Origin: Pseudomonadota bacterium
GTDB lineage: Bacteria; Desulfobacterota; Desulfobulbia; Desulfobulbales; JAGXFP01
DNA length: 44,048 nucleotides
Direction of reading: 5' to 3'
NCBI GenBank assembly: GCA_018814305.1
Contig: JAHJAA010000031.1
Span: forward strand, 1 to 44,048
In this document: positions 9,260 to 18,606 of the stretch, piece after piece
How the letters are laid out: the number at the start of each line of letters is the position of its first letter
How positions within the stretch are numbered: the first letter of the stretch is position 1
The notes under the pieces: generated by a model
Database searches by the model: none
Seen by the model: the letters and a program-made list of their open reading frames with translations, nothing else
Told to the model about the DNA's origin: nothing
Position numbers and translations under genes: made by a program

Positions 9260-10455
9260 TGATCCCCAAAATTATTAAAACAGAAGAAGAATACGAAGCC
9301 ACTTTGGCACGCATAGACGAGCTCATGGCTGCAACGTTTGGAACTCCAGAGGGCAATGAGCTTGAATTGCTGGTGACTCTGGTAGAACTCTATGAGGCCG
9401 CGGCCTATCCCATCGGTCTGCCAGATCCGATTGAAGCCATCAAGTTTCGCATGGAGCAGCTGGGCCTGAAACAGAAAGATTTGGTCCCTTTTTTCGGCAG
9501 CCGTGGGAGAGTATCAGAAGTTCTTTCCGGCCATCGGCCCCTGAGCCTGGCTATGGTCCGCAAGCTCCATGTCGGTCTGGGTATCCCGGCGGAAGTGCTG
9601 TTGCAGGAACCTGGGGCGGAAGTCCCCGCTTCCGTGGGTGAAATGGATTGGGGAAAATTTCCCCTTGGAGAAATGCTGAAACGAAGATGGCTTGATTATG
9701 CCGGAAACTTGACCGACGCCAAGGCCTCAGCCGAGGAATTGATCTCCACCTGGGCGGCCCCCCTTGGCGATTTTGCCTTTCAGCAGCAAGCCCAGCTTCG
9801 CCAGCATATCAGGGGTAACGGGCAAACGGATGACTATGCCCTGACTGCCTGGAGGATCAGAATTTCCCTCCTGGCCATGGAGCAGGACCTGCCTGCATAT
9901 CAGCCGGAGACGATAAATCAAGATTTCGCCCACGAATTAGTCAAACTTAGTTTTTTAAAAGATGGTCCGCTTCTGGCCCGCGAATTTCTTCAGAAAAACG
10001 GTATTCGTTTTGTCGTTGAGCCGCATCTTCCCAAGACCCACCTTGATGGCGCCGCTCTGCGTTTACCAGACGGTGGTCCGGTTGTCGCTATGACCCTCCG
10101 CTATGACCGGATCGATTATTTCTGGTTTACACTCTGCCACGAACTTGCCCACCTTGCTTTGCATCAGGGTGAAGACGGTTGGGAGGTTTTCCTGGACGAT
10201 CTGGAAAGCACAGATCTAACCGATATCGAGGGTGAGGCAGATCAATGGGCCGCCGAAGCTCTTATTCCTGGCAAAATATGGAAAGCATCGAGCTTGACTC
10301 AATCGCCAACTGCAACGGGAATTGTCGAATTTGCAACAAAACACCGGGTCCACCCTGCTATCCCAGCAGGACGTATTCGCCGTGAACGAAGGAATTACAA
10401 AGTATTCAGCCAACTCGTTGGTAACGGTCAGGTCAGGAAGCTTTTTCTTACTTGA
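9259..10455 (+). CDS. HigA-like HTH-XRE antitoxin fused to ImmA/IrrE (COG2856, M78-like) Zn-metallopeptidase domain
   Basis: The N-terminal HTH_XRE reads LGLKQKDLVPFFGSRGRVSEVLSGHRPLSLAMVRKLHVGLGIPAEVLL. The C-terminal half carries HEXXH (CHELAHLALH) plus a downstream E, typical of ImmA/IrrE peptidases. The ATG at 9259 is preferred over the in-frame GTG at 9256 used by the ORF track. Confidence 0.8.
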   Translation: MIPKIIKTEEEYEATLARIDELMAATFGTPEGNELELLVTLVELYEAAAYPIGLPDPIEAIKFRMEQLGLKQKDLVPFFGSRGRVSEVLSGHRPLSLAMVRKLHVGLGIPAEVLLQEPGAEVPASVGEMDWGKFPLGEMLKRRWLDYAGNLTDAKASAEELISTWAAPLGDFAFQQQAQLRQHIRGNGQTDDYALTAWRIRISLLAMEQDLPAYQPETINQDFAHELVKLSFLKDGPLLAREFLQKNGIRFVVEPHLPKTHLDGAALRLPDGGPVVAMTLRYDRIDYFWFTLCHELAHLALHQGEDGWEVFLDDLESTDLTDIEGEADQWAAEALIPGKIWKASSLTQSPTATGIVEFATKHRVHPAIPAGRIRRERRNYKVFSQLVGNGQVRKLFLT

Positions 10456-10650
10456 TTTGGCTGCGCAGGGCTGGGGTTGGACCACGCTAATTAATTGAAA
10501 GAACAAAATGATTCCCCGGAGGACTCCGGTCAAAACAGAAAACCCGCGACTCCAAAGGGAGGGCGGGTTTTATTCTTTCCAAATCAAGGGCAACTATTTC
10601 ACTCACTACTGCCCAATCAGGCGCGATTAAGCACCGAGTTTTCTACATGT

Positions 10651-12255
10651 TCACTTTCGCTCCGGCTTCGGTTTTTCAGCCGGCTTCGATTTTCCTGATG
10701 ACGAGTCCACCGGACCTGTTTGAGCCGGATTGCCCGCCCCGGCGGTCTCTGCAATCTCCCCCAGATACTTGGGCAACTCAATCCCTGCCATACTCGCCAC
10801 ATCATGCAGAGGTGGCAGGCTCTTGACCAGTCCGGCGAGGAAATTAGCAGTAGAGGTGCCGTCCTTGCCACCATTGGCCGAATCCCAGACCGTGACCTTA
10901 TCGATCTTGATGTTGCGAATGGCCTCAACCTGAAGCTTGACGATCTCCTCAATCTTTTCGGTCATCAGCAGCGTGGCGACCGCCTTGGCATCACCGTTAC
11001 ACCCCTTGACCAAGCTCAGGTACCCGGCGGCCTTGGAGTCCAGAACCTTTCTAATACCCTCAGCCTCAGCCTGATATTTGAGCAGGACCCCATCGGCCTG
11101 CCCCTTGGCAATCCGGCGGATCTTCTCGGCCTCGGCCTCAGCGGCAATCTCAACCTTTCTCTTATTGATCTCCTGGCGAACCACTTCCTCGGCATTCAGA
11201 CGCTCCTGCTCCGCCAGGTACTGGGCCTTCTGGATCTCCACCTCGGCCTCGCGCCGTGCCACCTCACCCCGCTGGAGGGCGGCGGCCTGCTTGACGGTCA
11301 GCTGGGCGTTGGCGTCGGCGATATCGGCCTTGGCCCGATTCTCGCCATCCACCGCCTGAGCTTCCTGCTGATGGACGTAAACCCGCTGATCGGCTTCGGC
11401 CTTCTTCTGACCCTTTTGCGATTCAGCGACGTTCTCGGCCACCCGGATCTCTTGTTCCCGATTGGCCTCGGCTTCACCGATGGTGGCGGCGGCCTCCTGT
11501 TGCTGAACAAAGACCCGCTGATCGGCCTCCGCCTTTTTCTTACCCTTTTCCGACTGGGCGGCATTTTCAGCCACCCGGATATCTTTTTCCCGATAGGCCT
11601 CGGCCTCACCGATGGCACCCAATTTCTCCTGATCAGCCACATCGACCTTGGCCTGATTGATGGCCTCGGCCGCCGCCTTCTTCCCGATGGAATCGATATA
11701 CCCCGACTCATCGGTGATATCGGTGATATTGACATTGATCAAGTACAGGCCGATCTTATTAAGTTCTGGAGCAACATTCTTGCGAATCGAATCCAGAAAG
11801 CGCTCCCGATCCTGGTTGATCTCCTCAATGGTCAACGAGGCAACAGTGAGCCTGAGTTGACCGAAGATGATCTCCTTGGCCATCTCCTCAATTTCCGTCT
11901 GAGACAGGTGCAGCAGACGCTCAGCGGCGGAGGTCATGACCTCGGGTTCGGTGCTGATCCCCACCGTGAAGGTTGAGGGCACATTGATCCGGATATTCTG
12001 CATGGAAAGGGCTTTCTGCAGAGGGATGGAGATGGTCATCGGGGTCAAACTGATATAGGCATAATCCTGGATCAGCGGCCAGATCAAAGCGCCGCCGCCG
12101 TGGATACAACGAGCCGATTGGCCCACCCCTACCTTACCGTAGACCACCAGGATCTTGTCCGATGGGCAGCGCTTGTAACGCGAGGCCAAGAAGATGATGG
12201 TCGAAAAAACCAGAATCAGAAAAGCAATAATGGGCAGAATCCAGAAATTAAACAT
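10651..12255 (-). CDS. Flotillin-like SPFH/band-7 protein (YqiK/FloT family) with long coiled-coil
   Basis: An N-terminal TM helix is followed by an SPFH domain and a long Ala/Glu/Gln-rich coiled coil that contains a 43-aa tandem duplication. AGGAG RBS. It is co-operonic with the nfeD-like gene upstream. Confidence 0.85.
   Translation of the reverse strand: MFNFWILPIIAFLILVFSTIIFLASRYKRCPSDKILVVYGKVGVGQSARCIHGGGALIWPLIQDYAYISLTPMTISIPLQKALSMQNIRINVPSTFTVGISTEPEVMTSAAERLLHLSQTEIEEMAKEIIFGQLRLTVASLTIEEINQDRERFLDSIRKNVAPELNKIGLYLINVNITDITDESGYIDSIGKKAAAEAINQAKVDVADQEKLGAIGEAEAYREKDIRVAENAAQSEKGKKKAEADQRVFVQQQEAAATIGEAEANREQEIRVAENVAESQKGQKKAEADQRVYVHQQEAQAVDGENRAKADIADANAQLTVKQAAALQRGEVARREAEVEIQKAQYLAEQERLNAEEVVRQEINKRKVEIAAEAEAEKIRRIAKGQADGVLLKYQAEAEGIRKVLDSKAAGYLSLVKGCNGDAKAVATLLMTEKIEEIVKLQVEAIRNIKIDKVTVWDSANGGKDGTSTANFLAGLVKSLPPLHDVASMAGIELPKYLGEIAETAGAGNPAQTGPVDSSSGKSKPAEKPKPERK
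11353..11613 (-). repeat. In-frame tandem duplication (2 x ~129 nt) inside the flotillin coiled-coil
   Basis: The protein repeats are IGEAEAYREKDIRVAENAAQSEKGKKKAEADQRVFVQQQEAAAT and IGEAEANREQEIRVAENVAESQKGQKKAEADQRVYVHQQEAQAV. The nucleotide copies are visibly similar (...gatctcttgttcccgattggcctcggcttcaccgat... / ...gatatctttttcccgataggcctcggcctcaccgat...). Confidence 0.6.
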
Positions 12256-12269
12256 GATCGCTCCTTTTT

Positions 12270-12860
12270 TCAGTTGATGGCTGCTACCGTAACCACATTA
12301 CCCTGCACGGCAGTGACCCGGATCAAGGTACCGGTGGGGATACCACCGCCGTCACCGGCGATGGCATCAAACTCACGCTGGCGATTATTATGATTGATGT
12401 TGACCCGCCCCTTACCACCCTCCGGGAGGGTCAGGTAAACCGTACCCGTGCACCCGACCAGGCCGGTGTTGGTAAGGGTGCCGCTGGACTGGAGTCGATA
12501 CGCACCATGAAAGAGTTTGCCGATCACCCAGACCGCCGCGAGCCCCGCCACCACCGCTCCGGGCAGAGAAACCAGGGCCCCGCTATTGCTCTGACGGGAG
12601 AGGGCCAGACCGACCAGACCGAACATCATGAGAAAGGCGGAAAACCCTTGCAGGGATAAAAAACGGAAACCAAGGTCGGAGTCGACGTGATGGTCAACGA
12701 TTTCCATATCACCACCAATCCCGCCAAGATCCGGGTCAGTGTCGGTATCACCACCCAGGAACTGCATGACCAACTTAAAAACGACAAAGATCGTGCCGAT
12801 CCCGGCGCAGACCAGGTAGAACGTTTCCAGACCGGTGAAACCGGAAAAGCCTTGATCCAT
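12270..12860 (-). CDS. NfeD-like membrane protein (YqiJ-like partner of flotillin; C-terminal OB-fold β-barrel)
   Basis: Several TM helices are followed by a C-terminal soluble domain (GKGRVNINHNNRQREFDAIAGDGGGIPTGTLIRVTAVQGNVVTV). GGAGGG RBS. The gene sits directly upstream of the flotillin gene on the same strand, the classic nfeD-SPFH pairing. Confidence 0.75.
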   Translation of the reverse strand: MDQGFSGFTGLETFYLVCAGIGTIFVVFKLVMQFLGGDTDTDPDLGGIGGDMEIVDHHVDSDLGFRFLSLQGFSAFLMMFGLVGLALSRQSNSGALVSLPGAVVAGLAAVWVIGKLFHGAYRLQSSGTLTNTGLVGCTGTVYLTLPEGGKGRVNINHNNRQREFDAIAGDGGGIPTGTLIRVTAVQGNVVTVAAIN

Positions 12861-13154
12861 GGATTACCCTCCTGTGCAACGAGCTGGCTGGGCTGAATGT
12901 CCTGGCCCAGATAAACTGGAACGCAAATTTAGACCCACAAAAAACCTGGCAACATGACATAACTTACTGAAATGAAATTACTTATCCAAGGTCTTGCCAT
13001 GAAAAAACGGAAATTACTGATACGGTACCAAATATTTGAGTGTATAGCTATTTCCTAGCAGAAGTAGAGGGTTGTAGCCAGAGATTTTTTGGGGCCATAA
13101 TTTTTTTTGGTTTGCGCGGGCTCCCCGCCTTAGGGGGCAACCGTTGTTTGCCAA

Positions 13155-14309
13155 TTATTGATCAAGCCCGGGGAAAGGATCCTTGACCATCTTCTCCAAC
13201 AGTTCTTGGGGATTACGCAAAAACACCTCGGCCTGATGCTGGGGATCGAAAAAATCCTTGTTATAAAAAGAGATAAGGTTCAAATGCTCCCAGCGGGTCA
13301 GATAGTACTCAATCATATCCGGTAATTTGGAAAAAACGCTAAATCCCGGGTACGGATCCCGAAAGCTGGAGCGGGCCAGCTTTTCTGCCGAGAGGGTCTG
13401 GGTCTTATAGAAATTTTCCATAAACATCAGTTCACCTGGCAACCGCGCCTCAATCCCCAGCAAACATAACCCCTTGACGATCTGCTCGACAACCAGACGC
13501 CCGGCCCGAGCCAGTGGATACGGCAGGTAAATATTCTTGGGCCGGGAAAGTTCCAGATAGGAACGAATCGTCAAAATCAATTCGGCAAGTCCCACCGGGC
13601 TTGGATCAACAAAGTTATAGGTCTCGCCGGAAAACTCCTGACGATGGTCAAGAATATGGTGGACAAAGGGGGGCAGTTTTTTGGAATGGGTATAGGAATG
13701 CATCACCCCTCGCCGAGTAAACAACACGGGCATGGCCTGATTCATCACCGAAAAGAGCAGCCGATGGAACCCCTGGATCTTATGATCATGCTTGCCGTAG
13801 ACCACTCCCAGCCGGATGATCGTATAATCAAGACCCTGCTCTTCGTGCATCTGCCGGAGGGTGATTTCACTCATCAATTTTGATTTAGCATAGTTGGACA
13901 TACCCTCAGTCAACGGCAACACATCGTCCTCGGCCAGATTCTCGCCGTTGGGCATGATTGCCGCTGAACTGAAATGGATATAGGGGATCTTCAGGGCCAA
14001 GGCCACCCGGGCCAGATTGATACTGCCCAGGTAGTTGACCTCGTAGGCCATCTTGGGATCACTGTCGATGGAGGCAATGGCCGTATTGATGATAAAATCG
14101 GGCCGATAGCGCCTGAAATAACTAAGAATATCTTCCGGTTCCCGCAGGCTGAGCTTCTTGCTGTTGGGTGAAAGGATATCCAACTCATCACCGGTCTTGG
14201 TTTTGAAATAATGCATCAGAGCACCGCCGATCAAGCCGGATCCTCCGATCAGCACACCCAATCGACGGACATGCTCAAAGCCCTTGGTTGCTTGTTTTTC
14301 CACCCTCAT
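13155..14309 (-). CDS. NAD(P)-dependent epimerase/dehydratase (extended SDR family)
   Basis: The N-terminal Rossmann motif is GVLIGGSGLIGGAL, and the length is typical for the family. Confidence 0.8.
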   Translation of the reverse strand: MRVEKQATKGFEHVRRLGVLIGGSGLIGGALMHYFKTKTGDELDILSPNSKKLSLREPEDILSYFRRYRPDFIINTAIASIDSDPKMAYEVNYLGSINLARVALALKIPYIHFSSAAIMPNGENLAEDDVLPLTEGMSNYAKSKLMSEITLRQMHEEQGLDYTIIRLGVVYGKHDHKIQGFHRLLFSVMNQAMPVLFTRRGVMHSYTHSKKLPPFVHHILDHRQEFSGETYNFVDPSPVGLAELILTIRSYLELSRPKNIYLPYPLARAGRLVVEQIVKGLCLLGIEARLPGELMFMENFYKTQTLSAEKLARSSFRDPYPGFSVFSKLPDMIEYYLTRWEHLNLISFYNKDFFDPQHQAEVFLRNPQELLEKMVKDPFPGLDQ

Positions 14310-14569
14310 TCCCTCGAAATAATATCGATTAACAACGAACAGCCCGAAATGCTGAATTTACTATACCGCGCCCACCTCTGCTATTAAAACGAAATTCAGG
14401 AAAGCGCCCCTGAAGATCACCTCTGTTCAACTTAACCATTTTGAAAATTTTGAAAAAAGTGTATTTTGAAAAATAAATTCATATCTGTCGTTTCCGGAAC
14501 TGTTTTCCGCCACGATGTACCCTTGAATCCCAAGAAACCTCATCCTTTTCAGTTCAGTCATAGAAAACA

Positions 14570-15949
14570 ATGACCCTCTATTCCCGCAAAGATCTTGACG
14601 GATTTTGGAAAAAACTTGCCGCCAGTGAGACCTGCCCGGTCTACCTGATTTTCGGAGAGCGTTTTCTCACCAGCCAAACCGTCACCACCCTCCTGGAGCG
14701 TCTTCTCCCCGAGGCTCAAAGCGGGACCGCCAACCTGATCCCCATCGACGGAGATCAGGAACAACCGGTAAAAACCTTAAACCAGCTACGGACCTATAGC
14801 CTGTTCGGCGGAAAGCAGATCTTCAAGGTGACCGATTCCAAACTCTTCCACTCAAAAAACATCGCCAAGACCCTCTGGACCAAAGCGCTGGGCCATTATG
14901 ACAGCAAGGAGGGGGAAGAGGCTGGTCGAACCTTGAAGCAGTTTCTCGAGGTGGGCGGGATTGGCCTTGACGATCTGGACAACCTCTCCGCTGCCGCCTG
15001 GAAGGCCCGGTTCGGTTTTACCAAGCCTTCCGGTAGTCTGGCCTGGGTCTCCGAAGTGCTGGAGGCCCCGCCGGAAAAAACCCAACCGACTGCGGCCGGA
15101 GGCCCGGAAGAGGCGGCAGATCTCTATCTCCAGGCCTTTGAGGCAGGGATACCTTCGGGAAACATCCTGATCCTCACCGCCGAGACGGTGGATAAACGGA
15201 AGAAACTCTATAAGTACATTACCCAACATGGCACCGTTATCGACCTGTCCGTTGATACCGGTTCCTCCAAGGCAGCCTCCGATGCGCAACAGGATATCCT
15301 GCGACAAGTGGTCCGGGAACGGCTCCAGGAGTTCGCCTGCCGGATTGAGCCCCGGGCTCTGGATCTCCTTTTGGAGCGGGTCGGATTTCACCCGGTAGCC
15401 GCAGCTCTGGAGAGTGAAAAACTGGCCCTGCTGGTCGGCGAGGGACAAACCATCAAGGTTGCTGATTTAAACGAGGTGGTGGGACGGACCCGGGAAGAGG
15501 CCCTGTATGAGCTGTCCGAAGCCTTTTCCAACCGCAACCTGGGCTCGGCCATGACCATTTCCGGCCGATTACTCGAAAACGGGGTCTACCCCCTGGTGAT
15601 TCTTGCCACCTTGCGCAATCATATCAAGAAACTCCTGGTGATCCGCTCCCTGCAGAATTTGAGCGAGCCCACCTATTCCGAATCACTCGGCTTTCCTGCC
15701 TTCAAGGATAGATATCTGGAACGACTGAAACAGACACTCCCCCAGGTCCCCTCTGAACTGGGTAGCCATCCCTACGCCCTGTTCATGCTCTTCCGGATGG
15801 CAAGAAATTTTACCTGCTCCGAATTAATCGCTGATCTGAAAGAAATTCTGACCGCAGAGTACCGCTCCAAAGGCTCTGGTCTGCCCCCCCCGGTCATCAT
15901 GGATACCCTGTTTTTAAAAATCCTCGGAGGAGAGCGGCTCCGGCGCTAA
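14570..15949 (+). CDS. holA: Probable DNA polymerase III δ subunit (HolA-like), unusually long (459 aa)
   Basis: The N-terminus PVYLIFGERFL and LNQLRTYSLFGGKQIFKVTD match the δ N-domain. The C-terminus YELSEAFSNRNLGSAMTISGRLLENGVYPLVILATLRNHIKKL matches the δ C-terminal helical domain. A ~100-aa acidic/Pro-rich insertion lies between them. Confidence 0.55.
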   Translation: MTLYSRKDLDGFWKKLAASETCPVYLIFGERFLTSQTVTTLLERLLPEAQSGTANLIPIDGDQEQPVKTLNQLRTYSLFGGKQIFKVTDSKLFHSKNIAKTLWTKALGHYDSKEGEEAGRTLKQFLEVGGIGLDDLDNLSAAAWKARFGFTKPSGSLAWVSEVLEAPPEKTQPTAAGGPEEAADLYLQAFEAGIPSGNILILTAETVDKRKKLYKYITQHGTVIDLSVDTGSSKAASDAQQDILRQVVRERLQEFACRIEPRALDLLLERVGFHPVAAALESEKLALLVGEGQTIKVADLNEVVGRTREEALYELSEAFSNRNLGSAMTISGRLLENGVYPLVILATLRNHIKKLLVIRSLQNLSEPTYSESLGFPAFKDRYLERLKQTLPQVPSELGSHPYALFMLFRMARNFTCSELIADLKEILTAEYRSKGSGLPPPVIMDTLFLKILGGERLRR

Positions 15950-15955
15950 ACACCC

Positions 15956-16267
15956 ATGCCCCAAAAGACACGACATGAAGGAATGGTGGTAACCGACACC
16001 CGCGACGAGGTGAAGGAACCACCCATGTATAAAGTCATCCTCCACAATGATGACTATACCACCATGGAATTTGTGATAATGGTTCTGGAGGTAGTTTTTC
16101 ACCTGGGACCCGAGCAGGCCATGACGATCATGCTTAATGTGCATCAGCAGGGCCGTGGCATTGCCGGTATTTATACCCGGGACGAGGCGGAAACCAAGAT
16201 GGCCATTGTCCACCAGATGGCCCGCCAACATGATCATCCTCTAAAATGTTCCATTGAAAAAACGTGA
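15956..16267 (+). CDS. clpS: ATP-dependent Clp protease adaptor ClpS
   Basis: PPMYKVILHNDDYTTMEFVIMVLEVVFH...GIAGIYTRDEAETKMAIV aligns closely with E. coli ClpS. It lies immediately upstream of clpA. Confidence 0.9.
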   Translation: MPQKTRHEGMVVTDTRDEVKEPPMYKVILHNDDYTTMEFVIMVLEVVFHLGPEQAMTIMLNVHQQGRGIAGIYTRDEAETKMAIVHQMARQHDHPLKCSIEKT

Positions 16268-16382
16268 AAAAGATGAAAATTTTTTTGTGCCGTTATATTC
16301 TGACGATAGATGTACATTATTTCCCTCTACAATTCGAGCAGCTGGATTCTGGAAACTACTAATTTAAAAATCTTCGATACCC

Positions 16383-18593
16383 ATGATAAGCCAACAACTT
16401 GAAATCGCTCTGGTTAAAGCCATCCGGGAAGCCAAAGACCGCAGGCATGAACACGTCACGGTCGAGCATATCCTCTACGCGCTGCTCCATGAAGAATTAA
16501 CCCAGGAAATCATCACCGCCTGTGGCGGCAATCTCGATAATCTAAAAGATAAACTGGAAGGTTTTTTTGCCCAGAATCTAAAAAAAATCAGCGCCGATAT
16601 CTCTGCGGAACCGGTGCAAACCATCGGTTTCAACCGGGTCCTGCAGCGGGCCATCTCCCATGTCCAGAGCTGCGGTAAAAAAGAAGTGGATGCCTCTGAT
16701 GTTCTGGTGGCCATCTTTGCCGAACCGGATTCCTATGCCGCCTATTTCCTGCGGGGAGAAGGCCTGAAACGCTTGTCCGTGGTCGAATACCTCTCCGCCG
16801 CTCATCCCTCACCCGGAACCATCAAGCCCCAGGAAGAAAAAAGTGGCGCCGCCCAGACCGATCTTGATCGGTTTACGGTCAACTTTGCCGAACGGGCCGC
16901 CAAGGGCCTGATCGATCCCCTGATCGGCCGATCCAAAGAACTCCACCGGATGATGCAGATCCTCAGCCGACGCCGGAAGAACAATCCCTTGCTGGTCGGT
17001 GAACCGGGAGTGGGCAAAACCGCCATCGCCGAAGGACTGGCCCTGGCGATCCACGACAAAAAAGTCCCTGAACTCTTACAGGATATCGAAATCCGCCTGC
17101 TGGACCTGGGCGGCCTGATGTCCGGGACCAAGTACCGCGGCGATTTTGAGCAGCGGATGAAGGCGGTTATCAACGGAGTGGAAGAGCAGGGTAATATCAT
17201 TCTGTTCATTGATGAGATCCATACCATTGTCGGGGCCGGATCCACCACCGGCAGCAGCATGGATGCCTCCAACCTTCTGAAACCAGCCCTGCAGGCCGGT
17301 TCCTTGCGCTGTATCGGTTCGACGACCTATGAAGAATTCAAGAATCATATCGAAAAGGATCGGGCCCTGGCCCGGCGCTTCCAGAAGATCGACGTGCCCG
17401 AACCCACTGAACAGGAAAGCTTTTCCATCCTCAAAGGGTTGCGCAGCCGTTACGAAGAGCATCACGGGGTCCGCTACTCCACCGCCTCCCTCAAGGCCAT
17501 GGCTGAACTCTCCTCCCGCTATATCAGCGATCGCTTCCTGCCCGACAAGGCCATTGACGTGCTGGACGAGGTGGGCGCAGCCTTCCGACTCTCCCCGACT
17601 CCCCGGAAATCAAAGGTCATAACCGTACGGGATGTGGAAGAGGTAGTTTCGAAGATGACCCGGGTCCCGGCCCGCCGAGCCGGCGCCTCGGATATTGAGC
17701 ATTTGCGGAATCTGGACGGTGCCTTAAAATCGGTTATCTTCGGGCAGGACCACGCCATTGAAGCCATGGTCACCGCAATCAAGCGCTCCCGGGCCGGACT
17801 CAAACAACAGGATAAACCAACCGGTTCCTTCCTGTTCGCCGGACCCACCGGGGTCGGTAAAACCGAGGTGGCCCGGCAGTTGGCTACGGCCCTGGGGGTC
17901 CACTTCGAACGGTTCGACATGAGCGAATACATGGAAAAGCATGCGGTGGCTCGGCTGATCGGCGCCCCTCCCGGCTATGTGGGCTTCGACCAGGGCGGTC
18001 TCTTAACCGAGGCGGTCCGCAAACATCCATACTGCGTCTTGCTGCTTGATGAACTGGAAAAGGCCCATCCGGAGATCTTCAGTATCCTCCTCCAGATTAT
18101 GGATCATTCGTCACTGACCGACAACACCGGGCGCAAGGCCGATTTTAGAAATGTAATCCTGGTCATGACCACCAACGCCGGTGCCCGGGAGATGAACGAA
18201 CGGGCCATCGGCTTCATCGGTGACGGGCGGGGCCGTGAACAGAAGGCGATCAAGGATCTCTTTGCCCCTGAATTCCGCAACCGGCTTGACGGGATCATTA
18301 CCTTTGAATCCCTGACTCACGAGGTAATGAAACGGATCGTCGACAAGATGATCGGAGAACTGGAAACCCAACTCAATGAGCGCAAAGTTGCCATCACCCT
18401 GACCCCTGCCGCCCGAAAATGGTTTGCCGAAAAAGGGTACGACCCAAGTTTCGGAGCCAGACCGCTCCGCCGCCTGATCATGCAGGAAATCGGCGATCCC
18501 CTGGCCGAAGAAATTCTCTTCGGACGCCTGACCAAGGGCGGCACGGTCCAGGTGGGGAGTAAGCAACAGAAGATCGTTTTAGACTTCACCTAA
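16383..18593 (+). CDS. clpA: ATP-dependent Clp protease ATP-binding subunit ClpA
   Basis: A Clp N-domain is followed by two AAA+ modules (GEPGVGKTAIAEGLA and GPTGVGKTEVARQLA). There is no ClpB middle domain, and the gene follows clpS. Confidence 0.9.
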   Translation: MISQQLEIALVKAIREAKDRRHEHVTVEHILYALLHEELTQEIITACGGNLDNLKDKLEGFFAQNLKKISADISAEPVQTIGFNRVLQRAISHVQSCGKKEVDASDVLVAIFAEPDSYAAYFLRGEGLKRLSVVEYLSAAHPSPGTIKPQEEKSGAAQTDLDRFTVNFAERAAKGLIDPLIGRSKELHRMMQILSRRRKNNPLLVGEPGVGKTAIAEGLALAIHDKKVPELLQDIEIRLLDLGGLMSGTKYRGDFEQRMKAVINGVEEQGNIILFIDEIHTIVGAGSTTGSSMDASNLLKPALQAGSLRCIGSTTYEEFKNHIEKDRALARRFQKIDVPEPTEQESFSILKGLRSRYEEHHGVRYSTASLKAMAELSSRYISDRFLPDKAIDVLDEVGAAFRLSPTPRKSKVITVRDVEEVVSKMTRVPARRAGASDIEHLRNLDGALKSVIFGQDHAIEAMVTAIKRSRAGLKQQDKPTGSFLFAGPTGVGKTEVARQLATALGVHFERFDMSEYMEKHAVARLIGAPPGYVGFDQGGLLTEAVRKHPYCVLLLDELEKAHPEIFSILLQIMDHSSLTDNTGRKADFRNVILVMTTNAGAREMNERAIGFIGDGRGREQKAIKDLFAPEFRNRLDGIITFESLTHEVMKRIVDKMIGELETQLNERKVAITLTPAARKWFAEKGYDPSFGARPLRRLIMQEIGDPLAEEILFGRLTKGGTVQVGSKQQKIVLDFT

Positions 18594-18606
18594 AAGGTAT
18601 TACATT

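Noticed and set aside
10720-11976. 418-aa ORF on + strand (Gly/Leu-rich)
   Set aside because: It is antisense to the flotillin gene. The repetitive GLG/LLL composition mirrors the coiled-coil codons on the other strand.
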